Both the position numbers and the translations under genes were made by a program. From Callorhinchus milii (lineage: Eukaryota), in assembly GCF_018977255.1 (NCBI RefSeq), contig NW_024704742.1, positions 107,262,001 through 107,326,000 of the forward strand: a stretch of 64,000 bases of DNA, in the 5' to 3' direction. Each line of letters begins with the position of its first letter. The stretch's first letter is position 1. This document shows, one piece after another, positions 1-11,551 of the stretch. The notes under the pieces were generated by a model that was not told the DNA's origin, ran no database searches, and was given only the letters and a program-made list of their open reading frames with translations.

Positions 1-655
1 CTCTGAGATAGAAGGTTGTGGGTTCAAAACACACTTTGGGATTTCAACTCACACTCCAGGCTGCTGGGAGAAGCATAGTTTGTAGGAGGTGCAGTGCTTT
101 GAGACTTTATCCTGGGCAAAGAGCACTATATAAATGCAAAATTGTTGTTGACCTTCAGGGAAGTTTTGAAACCAAGATCCTGTTCTGCTTTTCAGATGAA
201 TGTTAAAGATCCCATGACACTATTTGAAAAGAGAAGGAAATTTCTCCCGGGTTCCTACAATTGTTTTAAAAAATATATATTTATTGGTATAGAAAAATAT
301 ATTTATACTTGTCTCATGAAAACCAAACCCATAACAGAAAACACCCCACAAATCATTCACAACCCGTTACAAACCGAAATGGACCCATCCCCTTGTGGCA
401 CAGCAAATCTCTTCACACTCCACTCTAGTGGAGGAACCAGGACTTCCCTGCCTCAGGTTCCTACAATTCCCCAGATCAAACTGGTCATTCACTTCATGGC
501 TGTTTGCTGTTTGGTACATTGTAGCACACAAATTGGCTGCTGCATTCTCTTACAAAATATACAGTCACCACACTTTACAGAAATTCCTGTCAAGTGCTTT
601 GAGACATCCTCCTGATTTGATAAGTACCATATCAAATGCAAAGATTATTGTTATT
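1..655 (+). mobile_element. Degraded Deu-domain (SacSINE1-like) SINE pieces
   Basis: Partial tRNA-like head (agaaggttgtgggttcaa), Deu core (taaagatcccatgacactatttgaaaagagaagg), gtagcacacaaattggctgc motif and tail ...atcaaatgcaaagattatt; interrupted at about 260-440. Confidence 0.75.
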
Positions 656-1774
656 TATAAATTTGACGATTCATAAAAAGTCTTGGAGTAAGAGATCAGT
701 CTGAAGTATCAGTGTACTTATTTATTGAGTTGCAAGAAAGCAGTTCGAAAAGTTCATCCCTTTAAATGATCATTGCTCGATTTCAGAAATCCATGGACAA
801 AGAGTCTAAAGGTTAAAAAAGATATTTTCTATGTGTACTGAAGTTTAATAAATATTTTCTGAAATTTTTATGTTGTTAAATGTCAGGATCAAATTGGTGA
901 TATTTGCAAAGCTGTTTCAAAAGCCAACAAAAGCTGAGGGAGTGGATGGGCAGAAAGCAAAACAGTCTACATTTTTGCGTTCTGCTCTTTCGCCATATTT
1001 TGCTGACAATCGGAATTCGCAGTTGCCCATTTTGCAAATGTTGTAAATTCGGTTTTCGACATAATAATCCTTGCATTGATATTATGAAAATTATGATTTT
1101 TAATATTTTTAAAAAATAATACATTATGAAAATGGAAGTAGAATTAGGCGCTTTAAACGTTGCTTGCGAATTTAAGTGTTGCATGTTAGACCTCATTCTA
1201 TATTTTGTGTGTAAATGCACATTAGTTCCCAGGAGAAGGTGTGGAAGGAGGAAATTCTACAGCAGGTCATTTCTTGCTTAATATTCGCTGACTGCTTCAT
1301 TAAAAAGGATGTCAATTCTCAATGACTTCTCAGTAGAGGGAATCAATGGGAAAGAGGTAGGGACTCGATGAAGCGCAGCAGCAACTGCTCAGAGAGCGGA
1401 AGGTTGCCTCAAATATGAAATCTCCTACGCGTTGCCAGGACCACTGCAGTGGTTGGAATTTATGCTCCACTCACCGGGGTTTTGTGAAGGGACTCATCCA
1501 TAAACAATTTTCCTGCTAGGGTTGCAAATACAACTGAGTTTTGAATTAGTGTGGGTGTGAGAAGTACCTACTATTTTTTTACTTGTGTTTACATTTTATT
1601 ATGCCTTTATAAGAAGAAAACCTCCGCATTAATAAATACAAATAAAAAAAAACAAATAACAAGAATAGCATATTGTTTGAATTATTCCCTGTGTATGGAG
1701 CATGAGGGAAGGAAAATAAATGAGGAATGATGTTTGGGAAATTGCACAACAAGTACCCGCTAATATCAAATATA

Positions 1775-1880
1775 AAATAAAAACAAAAGTCGCTGGGAAC
1801 ATGCAGCAGGTCAGGCAGCATCTATGGAGAGTGGAAAATCAGTTAATGTTTCAGGTCGATAACATTTCGTCAGACTTCTG
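1775..1880 (-). mobile_element. Penelope-like element terminal fragment
   Basis: gctgggaacatgcagcaggtcaggcagcatctatggagag...gttaatgtttcaggtcgataacatttcgtcag; same family as 62112-62345. Confidence 0.65.
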
Positions 1881-3079
1881 AAGGGGCAGTATAATCAAAT
1901 CAGAGAGAAAGGGGGATGCTAGGGTGTGAATTAATTTATAAGTAAGTGCAAGGATCTTGAGTCGATCTGTTCTGCAATAAGGAGCCAATGGAGACTGGCA
2001 AGGACAGGGTGAGGGGGTGGGCGAGGGCAGGGGTTTGATATAGGTGAGAATACAGGTGGCAGAGTTTTAATCAGTGGATCATACAATTCTATTCCAGATA
2101 CTGGAGTGATGTGCCTGCTGTAATACTGAGCCTTCATTGTTCATCTAGACTAGATAGCTATATAATCAGTCCCAAGATCCACTGATCTCTAATGATTTAT
2201 TCCTTGCATTACAGTTGCAACTCTTTTTTATTCTGAATGTAACCGCACATTAGTGCCCATGGGAGCTCATTTCATCTTTAATGTGTATTGACTATTTTGT
2301 TAAAAATGATTAACCTCCTCTATCATGCTGATCTGGATTGGGAGCAATCACAGGGGGTTGCCCTTGCAAGAGAAGCTGCCAACAGAACGTAGACGCAGTC
2401 TTAAGCTATATTGGTGTTTCTCTATTGATGGTCAGAAGTGATGCGTCAGCATAGGAATTGCAAAAAGGAACTGCAAACCGGAAATCTTGACCTGCAATTG
2501 AGTGAGGTAAACTGGATTTGAAATAAAGAATCAAGGGCAGCTTTCAGTACGTTCTTCATCCCAACAAGGAGCTGACCCCCTTTGCACCCTAGTTTGGCTT
2601 CCACCCCGAGCTTGGGTGCCCAGCTAAGCAGTGTCAAGCACTTTGAGGCATCCTTCTGACTTGAAAGGCGGTGTAATAAATGTAAATTGATTGCTTTAGA
2701 CTATTATTCGGGGTATAATTTGCGAATCGAGTTAACAATTCACAAGTTGGGTTAACTATGTGTAAATGCATGTGTTTAGAGGGAGTTAGGTAAGCAGGGT
2801 GCAGAGAAAGAGAGAGAGCACTTATTCCATTCTGGAAATTTCCATGTTTAGGCAGTATACACATGAGGAACTCTCAATCTGGTTTTGATATTCTTAAGCA
2901 CATGAGGCACTACCATCATGGGCATCCCTCCTATAAAACTTTACAGCACTGAAGAAGGTCATTTGGCCCATCGTGTCTGTGTTGGCTCTTTTAAGTGAGT
3001 GGGGGGAGGGGTGGCCTTAGGACCTTTTATGTACTATTAGAATTTAGTGATTATTTTGTTTACATATTGGCACATCAGG

Positions 3080-3472
3080 GGTCGGAGGAGTTAAAATTTG
3101 ATTTCCTCACCACTTAATCCTTCAGAGCCTCTGAAGATATTCTACTTCTGTGATCGACTGCCCAACTTCTTGGCCAAACCCTGTGCTCTGCCACCTCTGG
3201 TCTGCTTCATGCCCCCTGCCTGCTCTGTCCCACCTTTGAACTTCAAATTTGCCCTAGCCTCTGGAAGTCTCTTTTAAAATGCTCTGCCTCACTTCCTCCA
3301 TCTCTGCTTTCAAAGCTTGTCTTAAGACCCACCCCTTTATTTCTACTTTTAGCCGCATCCTCCTACCCTCTGTAGCTCTCTCCCAGCTCAGGATCCCATT
3401 CAATCTTGTAACTACTTTGAAACATTCCTTATATGTGAAAGGTACTATATAAATATAAACTGTTGTTGTTGC
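3080..3472 (+). mobile_element. L2 LINE 3' fragment
   Basis: ctctggaagtctctt...ttcaaagcttgtcttaagacccacc, ending in tatataaatataaactgttgttgttg as in the other L2 copies. Confidence 0.65.
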
Positions 3473-3929
3473 AAGTCGATAACTACCAGGAATAAACAAT
3501 TTGAGGAGCTATGCTACATGTTGTTGTCTAGATTTTAACCATTAAGCAAATATCTCAACAAATTCCATCATCTTCACTATTCCGTTGTAAATGTTATTTT
3601 TAAGAAGAGGAGTAGGCCATTCAGCCTCTCACTTCTACTATCTTTTTATATTTTAAATCACATTTCGCTTCTTTGTTTCATTATCCTTTCATACCATATC
3701 TCATGAGGGCTGGGAAATTCCTCATGCCCTTAGATTTAGGACCATTGTCTTCTTAGTTAAGATTGTGAAGAGTTTGGTAAAATAGTCTTAAATTTACTCT
3801 TCATTTAGAAGCCAATTTTTCACAGCATCCAAACAGAATGTCAAAACGATTTCCAAATTAAATCTGAATTTAAAATTGTATTCCAAAATTCCAGAGTCTT
3901 AAATTTGTAAGACAGTGATCTTAAGCTTA

Positions 3930-5720
3930 CTACAACAATTTAGACCTGCTATTTTCTAAAAATACAAGGAGGGAATGTGCAACCAGCATAGTTCTGGTGT
4001 TCAATTGGAGATGCTCCGATTTAGGCTGCAGGTGGAGCAGGAAAGTCAGGAAAAAAGGAATTGAACTGTTTAAGTTGAAACTTGCACCAATAGAGGAAGG
4101 CAACAGAAGAAAGAGAGAAAGAGCAGCGTCATGAAATTGAACTGGCAACTGCATGTGGTTTGGTAAAGGGTGGCTCAGCTTGGTGCCCAACATTCAGTCA
4201 CTAATGTGCCCATGATCCCAAATTATAAGGAAGGCAATGGCATTGACAGATTTTTAAAATGTTCAAATTGCTCGCATTAATAAAGGATGGGATTGAGCAA
4301 TAAAAGGCACAAACTTTATTAACAACATTTACATGCAAGCCGTAAATAGTATTCTCGATGATTAACAAGGATGATATGGACAATTGTGAACTGGTTAAAA
4401 ATGCTATTTAACATCAAAGTTGTTTATGAACGTTTCAGAACTCCAGGAAAGATTTTCTAAACATTGAATAACATAATTTGTATTTTGCTGAGTTGACAAT
4501 CTTAGGGGAGACACACGTGAGAAGTTGAATGATGTGATTATGCAAGAACAATTTTTAAATGCTGTCCCGTAGGATGTAAGAATTTTGTTGCTTGATCAGC
4601 ATTCTTTTTCTTTCACCTTTCTCTCTTAGATGCACAACCTAGCTGAACGGTATACTGAATGTTGACCACCGGTCAATAGATGGGTGGGAACTTGTCTGGA
4701 AGGTCACTATCATTTGTCTAGCTCGTGGCTTCTGAGGCATGTTGAGCACTCCTTCGGAGAGATCGGAACAGCACTGCAGTGTAAGTAGGAATGTATTACA
4801 ATTGTGGCGAGATTGGACATAAAGTGTTTGAACAATGGTCAAAGGTACAAGTTGTAGCTTAGAATGACAGACTGGAGTGTGTGTTCGAACCACATTGACT
4901 GGTGATACAGGTATCTAGTTACAGTGAATGGATACTGTAAGCTCAGCTTAGTAAAACCAAAGATAGTGAGGCAGAAATAGTACCTGAACAAAATAGGTAT
5001 GGTTGAGGAGCTATCAGGGAGTGTGTCTTCTGGACAGTGCTGAAGGGTGGTGTCCAAGATTGAATATGATGTTCTGTTGGGTGGAGTCCTGTAGCTCAGT
5101 GGTTAGAGCACTCGCTTTGCAAGTGAGAGACCTGAGTTCAATTCCAGGCAGGGCGAAACCTTGGGCAAGTTTCCTTACTCCACACGCCTAATAATAATGC
5201 CTCCAAAAAACCAAAAACAATAATTAAATTGGTCATTTTCAATCTACGACTGTTTGTGGGACATTGCTGTGCGCAATTGGCTGCCGCGTTCGCCCACAAA
5301 TATACAGTCAATTCACTTTACAGTGTGTTCTGTGAAGCGCTTTGGGACGTCCTCCTGACGTGAAAAGCGCTATATCAAATGCAAGGATTATTATTATTAT
5401 ATTATAAGATTGGAAGCTCATCTGAAGAGGGAACAACTGACACTACCAGTCCATGGTTTGAAGTGGGTTGGCAGGAGATGGTGGAGATAGCTACCACTAT
5501 GTTAGTGGTGCTAGCTAGCAACAGCAGTCAAGATAATAAGATTGATGGGCAGATCTTACACAAGGCTTAGGAAATAGTTGAGTTTTGAGTGAAACTATGG
5601 GAAGTGAAACATGGACTTGTAAGACTGCATTCGAGATTTGTGAGGGTCTGTTGGTGTCAGAACAGAATGAAGAGGAAAATCCTAACGGGTATAAACAGAT
5701 CAACCCACGTTCTGTGAAGA
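3930..5720 (+). mobile_element. Decayed Gmr1-like Gypsy LTR retrotransposon gag(-pro) relic, interrupted by a SINE at 5081-5405
   Basis: Colinear stop- and frameshift-broken peptides: EREKEQRHEIELA (about 4110-4148), VPMIPNYKEGNGIDRFLK (about 4206-4259), DNCELVKNAI*, EKLNDVIMQEQFLNAVP*DVRILLLDQH (4519-4602), degenerate knuckle YYNCGEIGHKVFEQW (4794-4838), then YLVTVNG..SLVKPKIV (protease-like). Confidence 0.7.
5081..5405 (+). mobile_element. Young tRNA(Ala-like)-headed SINE, full length
   Basis: A box TAGCTCAGTGG, anticodon arm CTCGC-TTTGCAA-GTGAG, B box GAGTTCAATTCC, gtgggacattgctgtgcgcaattggctgccgcgtt, L2-like tail and (TTA)n; near-identical to 59770-60125. Confidence 0.95.
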
Positions 5721-5891
5721 AATGTATCGTAAACAACTGAATATTTTTTGTATTAGGAGGAAGGGCAAAATTGTAACAAAAGACGTTCTGTTTGTTTGGG
5801 ATTTCTGTTGTACTAAATATTATATTTATAAATGAACATATATTTTCAAAAAATATATATAAACAGATCAGCCTGGCATAGTTGGTAGCAG

Positions 5892-6332
5892 GTGTCAGCC
5901 TAGTCCAGTTGGTAACAATTTTGACTCAAAGTCAGAAAGTTGTGGGTTGAAGCTCCGTGTCAAGGTTTTGAACTCACATAGCCTAAACTGACACTCCAAC
6001 ACAGCACTGTGGGAGGCTGCTTTGTGGGAGGTGCCATTCTTCGGACATGATCTTAAAGTGACGACCCGTCTGCCTGTTCAGATGGACTGTAAAATTTCAT
6101 GGCAGTCATCACAGAGAGTTTCTCCCAGTGTCCTGGAGAGCAATCCCCAGATAAAATTGATCATTCACTTCATGACTGTTTGTGGGGCATTGCTATGCAC
6201 GTATTGGCTGCTGTGTTGTCCTACAAAATACACAATCACCACGAGTTATAATATATACGATGAAGTGTTCCGAGACTCTACCCCGCAATAATGGCACTAT
6301 ATAAATGCAAGGATTATTATTGTTGTTATTGT
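5892..6332 (+). mobile_element. Deu-domain (SacSINE1-like) SINE, near full length, old
   Basis: Head tgtcagcctagtccagttggtaac...gtcagaaagttgtgggttgaag, Deu core ccgtctgcctgttcagatggac, tail ctatataaatgcaaggattattatt. Confidence 0.85.
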
Positions 6333-6604
6333 TACATGTAGTGTGAGTTACCCACCAACTTGTTTTGTTAAATTTCATTTGCAGCATTATTGATTTGTTT
6401 GCTCATTTCACTCTTCCCAGATCAATGCCTAACTCCTAAGTTATTGTGGTCTGCTTACCGCATTGATATTTTTGTAGTGTTTCCTGTAATCTTAATTACA
6501 ATTTACCAGGTGATATGGGGAAAGAAGGACAATAGATCATGAATTTTACAATCTGGACCATCACCAGGAAAATTTCAACCAATGCACAATTTCTTCATTA
6601 TTAG

Positions 6605-6965
6605 TAATGATAATAATCATCTTCACATTTTGTATAGCACCTTTCACATTGGGAGGATGTCTCGAGGAATTTCACAGGATATAAGGTAAAGTGTGGAGTG
6701 ATTTACGGGCAAACGCAGCATCCAATTTGCACAGAGCAATGTTCCACAAACAACTATAAAGTGAGTGACCAAATTTGATTTGTTGGGATTGTTGGCTAGG
6801 ACGCAGGCAGAAGCTCCCTTTCTCTTTTTGAATAGTGCATGGGATCTTGAAAGTCCACCTTAACAGGCTGACAGGACCTCTGTTTAATGTTACATTTGAA
6901 GAAAAGCACCTCCAAAAACCAACACCCTCCCAGCCCTGCATTGGAGCATCAGTTCAGACTATATG
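6605..6965 (-). mobile_element. Deu-domain SINE fragment
   Basis: Reverse complement of the Deu core and tail (gcagcatccaatttgcacagagcaatgttccacaaaca; gaatagtgcatgggatctt). Confidence 0.8.
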
Positions 6966-8369
6966 AGTCCCATTATGGCCCATAGAATATGATAGCCTTG
7001 AGTTTGTATTCTTGTGACAGAAGCTGATAACGTTGTGTGGAATATTTCTTTAATAATACTTTTTGTCAGTTTGGAAGACAGCTCAGAGCTGTTTTAAAGA
7101 GAAGCACACAACAGTGATCCCATTTACTGTATTTTTATTTGGGGATAATTCACCGCTGTGTGCACGTTATCAAGCACAATGTGATGTTCAGTACCTGGAT
7201 TTGCATCTAGCAACTTGGAATCACAAACAGCTTCATTGCAACATGCCCAGAAGTAGATTACAGTGTTCCCACGGTTAGGTATGATGTGCTGCCCATTGCT
7301 GGTTGGAATTGCTAATTGTGAATCCAAAGGTTAAACATGACATTCCAGCACCTTGTGACCTCCTCCTGATGTGAAAGACACATTACAAATGTAACTTTGT
7401 ATTGTATTGTATCTTTACCCCAATGTTACCTTTGGTTCTCTGGCTTTGTGCATTTAGTTTACATATCCATTTTGCTTTCTTGGAGAAGGCTAGATAGGTT
7501 TGATAGACCTTCAAAATCACAAGGTCACTAGAGAGAAATAGAGAGGTTCAGATGCAAAAGGCTCTTTGATCCATTTGATCTTGTTCTTCTAGATAACTAT
7601 CTATAAAATGAGTGACCAAATTTGCTCTGAAACCCTCTGAGACGCCGTCCAGCGTGGAGGGCGCTATATAAATCCAAGTTGTTGTTGTTGTTGTTATCTT
7701 AAGTATTTATTATTATCTTTCCTTTGGAGTATCAAACTGTTTCTTAAATGTATCCAGCATCCTGGCCTCAAATACCTTCATCATAGTAAAATGTTCCAGC
7801 TGTTGATAACTATTATATATAAATAATCCTTCCTAGTGGTCTGTTCTAAAATTGCCCTTCACATTGACTTGGACCTTGTGGACAGCCTGTCCTGCTGTCT
7901 TGTCATATCTAGATTTGAGTTTAATATGCACATAACACATTGTTGTAGTGGTTTGGTGTTATAGGGACAAATATTGGGCACAATTCGTATAATGTAAAAC
8001 TGATGGAAAAAGAAGAAATATCATCATGCTCTTTCCATAAGTTTGGGTAGATTGGATGTTGCAGAAATTGAATATTGTCCCCAAGGCTAAGGTATTTATT
8101 TTAAATTTGTTGGCTCTGCTGTTCAAATCTTTTATTACTTATCTTGATAAGACTTCCTAAGTTCCCACCGGCTTTAATAAGACTAGAATCATGTTTTCAC
8201 AAACAACAGCTTTTTGAAGGCTCCTGAACACGTAACAATCTACATTTCCAAGTACTAGTATTGAATAGTACAATGTAAATGGAATAGCAAGTTGTTTAAC
8301 TTCCTTGACACTTTTCTCAAAGAAAAAAAAGGTGGTCTGTAGGTACCTATATAACCCTTCAGGAGAAGA

Positions 8370-8650
8370 TCTGATGACACATTAAAATCTCCATTCTGCC
8401 TGTTCAAATGGACCTTAAAGATCCCATGGCACTATTTGAAAAGAGAAGGGAGTTTCTCCCAGTTTCCTGGCCAACAATCTCCTCAATAAAATGTGATAAT
8501 TCTCTTTATGGCTCTTTGTAGAACATTGCTGTGTGCTGCCACATTTGTCCACAAATATACAATCACTTTAGAGTAAGTCCTATGAAGTGCTTTGGAATGT
8601 CCTCCCAACATGAAAGACGCTATACTAATTGCAAGGACTATTATTATTAC
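8370..8650 (+). mobile_element. Deu-domain SINE 3' portion
   Basis: ctgcctgttcaaatggaccttaaagatcccatggcactatttgaaaagagaaggg...tgcaaggactattattatt. Confidence 0.85.
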
Positions 8651-8697
8651 TATGATTATAATTTATAAAACAAGTCTGTGATTGTGAAAAGGAGATA

Positions 8698-9030
8698 CAA
8701 CGTGACCTCCATTATAACAGGTTTCTTTATAGTGTGTATTGAGCTGTAACATTGTTTCACTATGGACCGCATTCACTGAGCACAGCCATCTCACTTGTTT
8801 TGCATGCCTGAATCGTCCTTCACGCTAAAATAGCTAATATCCAGGTTATAAAACTGCTGTCAATGTCACTTCCTGTTTTGTGCACATGTAGCAAATAAAA
8901 ATTATGACTTAAAACCTGGAAACAGGCCTTTTTTTTCATTGAGAGCAGGAATCAGCCGGCTGAGTACATGCACAGGGAAACCAGTTACTGGTATGGATGC
9001 TGACCACAGTATAATAACAAAGATCCATTG
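8698..9030. mobile_element. Possible old Tc1/mariner (Tigger-like) MITE
   Basis: Flanked by TA; left end ta-caacgtgacctccattataa loosely matches the reverse complement of the right end ta-caatggatctttgttatta. Confidence 0.3.
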
Positions 9031-9689
9031 TAGTACCCCACTAACCTCTTAGATATACCTTTAGATATCTTAGAATGGAAAAGAGTTGTCTGTCTCTGTG
9101 CATTTATACAAAATTAGATATTCCACAAGAGGTGGCAGACCAGTGAGCTGACTTTCAATCATGCATCTGAGTGTATACTGTATGCATTAAATGATGCTTT
9201 TCCTCACTCATAGTGATTTTTTTCAGTAGTGACAAGATTCATATAAAATTGGTTTTCTTTCAGTACATCTCTGCACTGCTTTCATGTATTTATATTCAAA
9301 CTCTAGATATACAGAAATCTAGATCTGCAGCAAATCACAAATGTAAGCAGTGTGCAGTGACTCTGGATGACATGATTAAACAGGGTTTTCTTTTGAATTA
9401 TGAATCTATACCGGTGCATGTTTTACCTATTGCAGATAGAGTGCTGATAGGAAAATAGCTCAGTCCTTACATTTGAATCAAGTATTCAATTTATTAAATG
9501 CGAAATAACACAAATGTAATCTGCAGATTCCGTATCTGAACTAAAAAAAACAGTGCACTGAGTGAGATTGACAGGGTGCACTCCTTAAACTGTTGTATAT
9601 TAATTTGTGTAAACTCTGAAAATTAATTGGTTGAAGATTTGTTTGGCAGAGGAAATGAAGGAATTTATATTCAGGTGCAAATTTTGTAG

Positions 9690-10016
9690 GCAAACATGGC
9701 AGTCAATTGGTGCACAGCAATGTCCCACTTACAGCCTTTAATGACCAATTTTATCTGGGGATTGTTGGCTCGCACACCGGGAGAAACTCAGTTTTCTTTT
9801 CAAATAGCTATGGGATCATTAATATCCACCTGAACCGGCAGATGGGACCTTGGCTTAACGGTCTCATCTGAAGGATGGCACCTCCAACAATGCAATACTC
9901 TGTACTGTATTGGAATGTCATGCTTGACTATGTGAGTTTAAAAGCCCAACATGGGGCTTGAACCCACAACCTTCTGACTCAGAGGTGAGAGTGAGTCAAC
10001 GGAGCAGGGCTGACAT
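9690..10016 (-). mobile_element. Deu-domain SINE (head plus core)
   Basis: ggggcttgaacccacaaccttctgactcagaggtgagagtg...ggctgaca is the reverse of the head; Deu core upstream. Confidence 0.85.
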
Positions 10017-11022
10017 CTATTTTGGACCTATTGTTTTTCTACTCCTAAAATGTCTTACCTTCTGATACTGTATATGACCAGGGAGTGATGGTGCTAACAC
10101 TAGGCTCAGAAACTGTAAAGAGGATTCTACTTCTGAGCATTGACATCCCACATTTTGTTACCAAATACTTCACAGAGCTTGAATTTCTTGCAAGTCACTG
10201 TATGTGGAACTTGAAAAATGAGGAGCTAGCTTTACAGATCAGTCATTGGCATGTGTAGCCATTTTTCTCAGTTCACTGATATCTTTTCAACTGAATGAAT
10301 AAGTCAAGATATATCTCTATTCATAAATCTGCTGATAGCTATAGTAACAGCAATTCTTGCTGCTATAGCCAAAATCTATGAGCATGCTGTACATCTGGAC
10401 ACATTCCGTTAAAGAACAAACTCCTTAGTTACAGAGGCACTGGTCTCACACCACTGCACTCTTGCTCTCCTCTGTGTCAGAAATAGTTGAACTCCCTGAC
10501 ACAATTCTCTCTTTGACCAAAGGGCAAAAAGTGCAGTTATCTCTTGTTGCATGTCAGGACATAGCAGGACATTTGATGTAGCAAGTGGAAAACCTTGGTC
10601 TTTCTGGAATTACTTTGATTTTATCATACAGTTATCCTAATGGCTTGAAAACACATACTAAGCACTAAAGTATGGTATAGGATTTAAAACCAGTCAATCT
10701 GGCTTTTCCTCAAAGCTAGGTTTGGGGCTCTCTGCCGTGCCTCATTTCCATTCATTATCTTCATCTTGCCCTTCCATAATGCTAAAGTCTCCTGTGTTCT
10801 AATAAGTCACCCAGCTAAATTATAGGCACACTTAGAGAGGCATTCTTTAATTGCTGTTTTTAGCAGTTAGAACTGCTGAAGTCGTGATTTCAATATGAAT
10901 AATGTGCCGGATAAAATATGTTTTTTTAATGAAACATCTATTTTTAATTAATTTCAGGTGGGATTAGCATTCCTAAAACCCTGCATGAGTGGCTATGATT
11001 TATGTGTGAGCAGACTGCATGC

Positions 11023-11210
11023 TGTGTACCCACTTGACCCTGACCTCATTTCACAGGTTATTCATGTTTTCGTCACAGAAACTCATTATCACATCTGTGA
11101 CAAGTTATCTGGAAGGAGGAAGGATTAGGTCAGGTGAATTTGCACTAAAAGAACAAATGGAAATATATTTTACTGCAGTACTACTCTATGCAAATTGCAT
11201 TTAACCTAGT
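11023..11210 (+). repeat. Copy 1 of a local ~188-bp duplicated element
   Basis: Ungapped alignment to 13491-13679 over nearly its whole length, with a 49-nt identical core. Confidence 0.95.
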
Positions 11211-11237
11211 TCTTCCCCATGGATTTCTTGATTTTAT

Positions 11238-11415
11238 AATAACAATAATACAGTAATCCTCACATTTGATAAAGTGACTATAATGTCAAAACATCTCAAA
11301 GCACTTCACAAAAATTTGCTTTCAAGTGTGGTTACTGTATTTGCAGTCAAATGTAGCATTCAATTTGTGCACAGGAGAATCCCATAGGTAGCCAGGAAGT
11401 GAATGACCAATTTAT
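11238..11415 (-). mobile_element. SINE 3' fragment
   Basis: taatcctcacatttgata...tctcaaagcacttcac...caatttgtgcacag...gaatgaccaatt. Confidence 0.65.
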
Positions 11416-11551
11416 ATAGAGTATTATTCACTGTCTGGTTAGGATACTCTTAAAGATGATAATGGGAATAGTTATAATGGGTGATCAAAAAACATACAAA
11501 AAAATCCATTGGTATAAAATAACTAATAATGTAAAGTAACTAACTCACCGG

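Noticed and set aside
5081..5155. tRNA-Ala or tRNA-Val genes (also 33865, 36826, 38691, 59770)
   Set aside because: No proper acceptor stem or Pol III terminator, and each continues into a SINE body and tail, so these are SINE heads.
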